64,000 nucleotides of DNA from Selaginella moellendorffii (lineage: Eukaryota > Plantae > Lycopodiophyta). The DNA lies in contig NW_003314352.1 in the NCBI RefSeq assembly GCF_000143415.4, positions 674,278-738,277 of the forward strand, read 5' to 3'. The position numbers and the translations under genes were made by a program. The notes under the pieces are model-generated. The model did no database searches, had not been told where the DNA came from, and saw nothing but the letters and a program-made list of their open reading frames with translations. Each line of letters opens with the position of its first letter. The first letter of the stretch is position 1. Positions 60,441 to 64,000 of this stretch are shown here, one piece after another.

Positions 60441-60881
60441 AGCTCCCATGGTGTTGGGAAGATTGGTTTGGTGGCAAACCAATCTTCCAGTGCCAAGAAA
60501 AGGAATAGCACTGAGAAGATCGGTTCAGTGGCAAGCCAATCTTCTAGCATTGAGGGAACAAAAGAAAAAGAAGAAAAGAAGCAGTTCCCTTGGCACTGGA
60601 AGATCGGTTTGTTGCTGAACCAATCTTCTAAGTGCCAAGGGAACAAAAAAGGAAAAAAAGAAGCAATTCCCTTGGCACTGGAAGATCAGTTTGTCACCGA
60701 ACCGATCTTCTCAGTGCCAAGGGAACAAAAAATGGAAAAAAAGAAGTAGTTCCCTGGAAGATCGGTTTGTTGCCAAACCGATCTTCTTAGTGCCAAGGGA
60801 ACAAAAAAAAGAAAAAATGAAGCAATTCCCTTGGCATTGGGAAGATTAGTTTGTCGCCAAGCCGACCTTACAACACCAAGG
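60441..60881. repeat. Tandem array of six ~55-60 bp hairpin units separated by A-rich linkers (~80 bp period in units 2-6)
   Basis: Consensus GTTCCCTTGGCACTGGAAGATCGGTTT-loop-AACCRATCTTCTNAGTGCCAAGGGAAC; units start at ~60441, 60508, 60584, 60667, 60749 and 60826. Confidence 0.9.
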
Positions 60882-61184
60882 CAATGACAAGAAAAAACAA
60901 AACCCAGAATCTGATGTGCTAAGAAGATTGATTCACTACTGAACTGATCATTCCAGCGTGAAGTAGCCGTGAGGCGCAAGTTACTTGTGAGCTAGGAGCA
61001 AAAGATGGGGAGATGGAAAAGCAATAGAGAGAAGCATACCTTGATTGAGGAGTGTCTTTCTAGTGCCTTGAAGAGCATTTAGTGTCCTGATTGAGAAGCA
61101 TCTTGAAGCACATTGTGAGATTCAAGTGTTTTTTTCTCGCCCTTTCTAATTTTTAGGGTTTTATTGCTAGGGTTTGAGCAAGGA

Positions 61185-61236
61185 ATGGTCACAATCAATG
61201 GTCACGATCAACAGTCATGATTAATGGTCATGATTT
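61185..61236. repeat. 13 bp tandem repeat, 4 copies (atggtcaYRatYa)
   Basis: atggtcacaatca atggtcacgatca acagtcatgatta atggtcatgatt. Confidence 0.7.
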
Positions 61237-62329
61237 TTATTCTCTTTAAAGGCAATTGCTTTCTAGATTCTAGTGATATGTCAATTTTTTAATAGTACTT
61301 GGATATATTTATTGGACAAATCCACTATAAACATAGATTTCACGTGTTCTTTCCAAGGAGACAATCATTCAATGCTTTAGATATTAATTGTATAATTTAT
61401 TGTGAGAGGAATAATACTGTTGAAATGAATGAGGTTATGAGTGAGAGGTGTTGATTAATCACGAGAGTTGTAACATTAATTGTTTGTCCTTCCTCTCATC
61501 TCCATACTCTTTTCCCTTCAAAAGAGTTTCATTTTTTTGTGATAACTGAGAGAGAGTCAAGTTTGGAAAGGTTGGTTCATATGCAGTCTATATGGAATGT
61601 CTCTAAATTGTGAATTTGGACACAAGATAAACACCATTGTGTTTAGGACAATTTCTACATTTCGTAGATATGCCAAATGAGCAAATAGATACTTTCCATA
61701 AATAGCATTTAAGACCAAAATGAAACTAACACAAAAGGCATGATAGCAAGGGTGCAGATATAGTAGAGGCTGTAACAACACTAGTGTTGGGATTTGCAAC
61801 ATTCCAAGTCTAAGGAGATTCGAGTTTTTTGATCTCCAATCAAAGTGCGAGATTACATTTATACCAAAGCAAATATGAAGCAAGAGTTGGTTGTCATCAT
61901 TTCTTCCTCTTTTAGTTCTAGTGGAGATGCTAGTCTAGTATAGCCAAAAATCTACCAACTCCAATTTCACTGATATTCAAAGCTATTTGCAATGCTTTCT
62001 AATTTTCCTGCCTTTCTATTGATGTGCACTCATTTTTGCATAGGCCCATTAGCAAGCTCCCATTCATATATAATGGCAACATCTTCTTTGAACTACCACC
62101 TCTTGTCAATTCAAAATAAAAAGGGATAGAGACCAAATAAGACATCCACAACTAGTGTAAGATTAAGATTATATATTTCCAGCATTTTGAAAGCACAATA
62201 TCCATGGTGGTGGGTATTTGGATTGTGTGAGTGAAGCATGCAATTAAGAGCATGGTTAAAACTCCATATTTTTTGAAGGATCTGTAATCAATCCTCCCAT
62301 CTATGACATCATTGGTATTAGATTCAAGT

Positions 62330-63060
62330 GCTAGTTTTCCAAGAATGTTTCATTGTGTCATACCATCTGTGGGGCCAAGATATACTACTTTCTTCCATGC
62401 AATAGAGAGGCTAGTAGAGTTGTAGTACATATTGGCACACACATCTAATGCAAAAAGGAATATAAAGGAGTTTAGTCAATTGTTTCAAAGATGCAGTGTA
62501 AATAGAGACTATAAGAAACTCATTTGCAACTCAAAAGCATATTCAAAAGATAATGCTAAAGGACTTTATTGCAAGCACCATACTCAATCTAAGCTTCAAA
62601 AAGACTCAACTGGATGAGGTTAGCTTTCGGGAGTTACTACAATCCATGTAACTTGCAACTTGCCTCAAGAGGTAAGAAAATAATATTACATACTTTTCAA
62701 TAATATCTCTCTTCCATTTTGTTTTATTTAGGATAAAATTTTAGATATATGAATCTCAAGAGGGAAAACTCTAATAAAAAATCGACTCTATCCTTGAACT
62801 AAAATGGGCCTGTCCCTACGAATTTATCTATAAAATTTTATTTCTAGATCAAGTTGTTAGTGAGTAAGAGCGCCCCTTCGTCTTCAAAATATCTATATTG
62901 GCCCTGCTTCTGGTGTAGATCTTGTCTCCCAAATAGATATATTTGAGTCAAGTGACCTTGCTAATACATGGGTACATTTTGACTATATGAAGTAGATATT
63001 GAGTTGCACAACCATAGGAGCTTATGTGTATAATCCAAGATAGTTATTCTTTCTCATTGT
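62330..63060 (+). mobile_element. Decayed putative DNA-transposase fragment (MULE-like?)
   Basis: With one frameshift it reads PFVFKISI/GPASGVDLVSQ..DLANTWVHFDYMK*ILSCTTIGAYVYNP, which I recall resembling a repeated transposase-like family in seed-free plants. Family assignment is unverified. Confidence 0.4.
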
Positions 63061-64000
63061 CTTAAAATGGTTTTAAGCATTGCCCTTTTGATAGGCTATG
63101 TTTCAACTTGACAATTGCAACAACAGAGTTTAAAATACAAAACCAGAAGAAATATTTTGGAAGTCCCTCTTTGACATTGTACTGAAGTAAACTGATAAGC
63201 CTACCAACTTTTGCAATTTCATGGTAGATAGAGCTGGGGCTAATTAGAAAGGTGTTGAGGCATTTTTTGAGAATGGTCAACCCCTAGAACGTCGTGAGAA
63301 GACTTATGAGTTCCATTGAGCTTAGAGCCTAAACCAACACTGCCATCTTATTAAGCCAGATTTTTAATTATCATTTAAAGAGTTATGCATACAATGGCAT
63401 GTTGCACCTTTTGAAAAAGAGCATGAGGCAAATACAAATGAAATCTAAATGTAGTGCCATGAAGATGGCCATATGGATATAAGTTGTTACCACAACTTGA
63501 GTCATGGTTGGGGTGGTGGGAAGTTAAGATGGTGGGAAGTTATGATATTCTAATAAGGATATCACTCTTTTTAGGGTGGTTTTTTTTTTCTTCTTTTTTT
63601 ATTGCCTTTTAATATTATTTTTTTCATTATGACCAACCATTTGAGGATCTTGCATACACCATAACTATGAATCTGTCCAAGAGTAAGTATTGGAACTGGA
63701 ATTCTTCTAAGGCATGGAAAGGGAGAATGACTTTATATGAAGAATGTCTATCGGATTTTATATGTGCTATAAAGCAGTCTTCAAAAGCTTTGGCATTTGA
63801 GGAAGGAAGATACATAGGAATAAGACTTTCAGTTGAGATGTCATACAATTAGATGAAGAAGAAAGTGACATTACCAACATAAATAGTGGCAATTGCAATA
63901 GAGGAAGTTGTCCATGGCACATCTATGGAGTACATTCCTTGGGCTTCTATTTGTGACATGAAGACTTTCTGCTCAAAACATCATTTTTTCTTTACTGATG

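Noticed and set aside
60441-60881. CRISPR array (palindromic repeats plus spacers)
   Set aside because: Eukaryotic context, repeats of ~60 bp that vary among copies, low-complexity A-rich linkers that resemble each other, and no cas genes.

Overview
Eukaryotic land-plant genomic DNA. A Selaginella-like lycophyte is inferred from the 50-100 bp introns, compact gene spacing, the PPR/DYW subtype and the retroelement types. The window has two parts. (1) 1-14 kb is a gene-dense block: a pectin methylesterase (3' end outside the window), a multi-exon TPR protein, a CCA1/LHY clock MYB gene divergent from a formiminotransferase-N-domain gene (evening elements between them), and a PLS-class PPR-E-DYW gene. 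The PPR gene's apparent first exon, not joined to it in the ORF track, adds an OSB-type 'PDF' ssDNA-binding motif in frame. (2) About 15.5-64 kb is a nested transposon cluster. It holds a ~1.85 kb fold-back, an intact 5S-bearing Cassandra TRIM plus two solo LTRs, and a full-length self-priming chromovirus that carries a nested, nearly intact hAT and an LTR micro-inversion. It also holds an RT-less gypsy element, an Athila/Tat-like gypsy containing a TSD-flanked U6 snRNA retrocopy, hexamer-satellite solo LTRs, and a copia fragment preceded by an array of six hairpins. The best candidates for novelty are the OSB-PDF::PPR-DYW fusion and the hairpin array. All coordinates were read by eye and may be off by a few bases.
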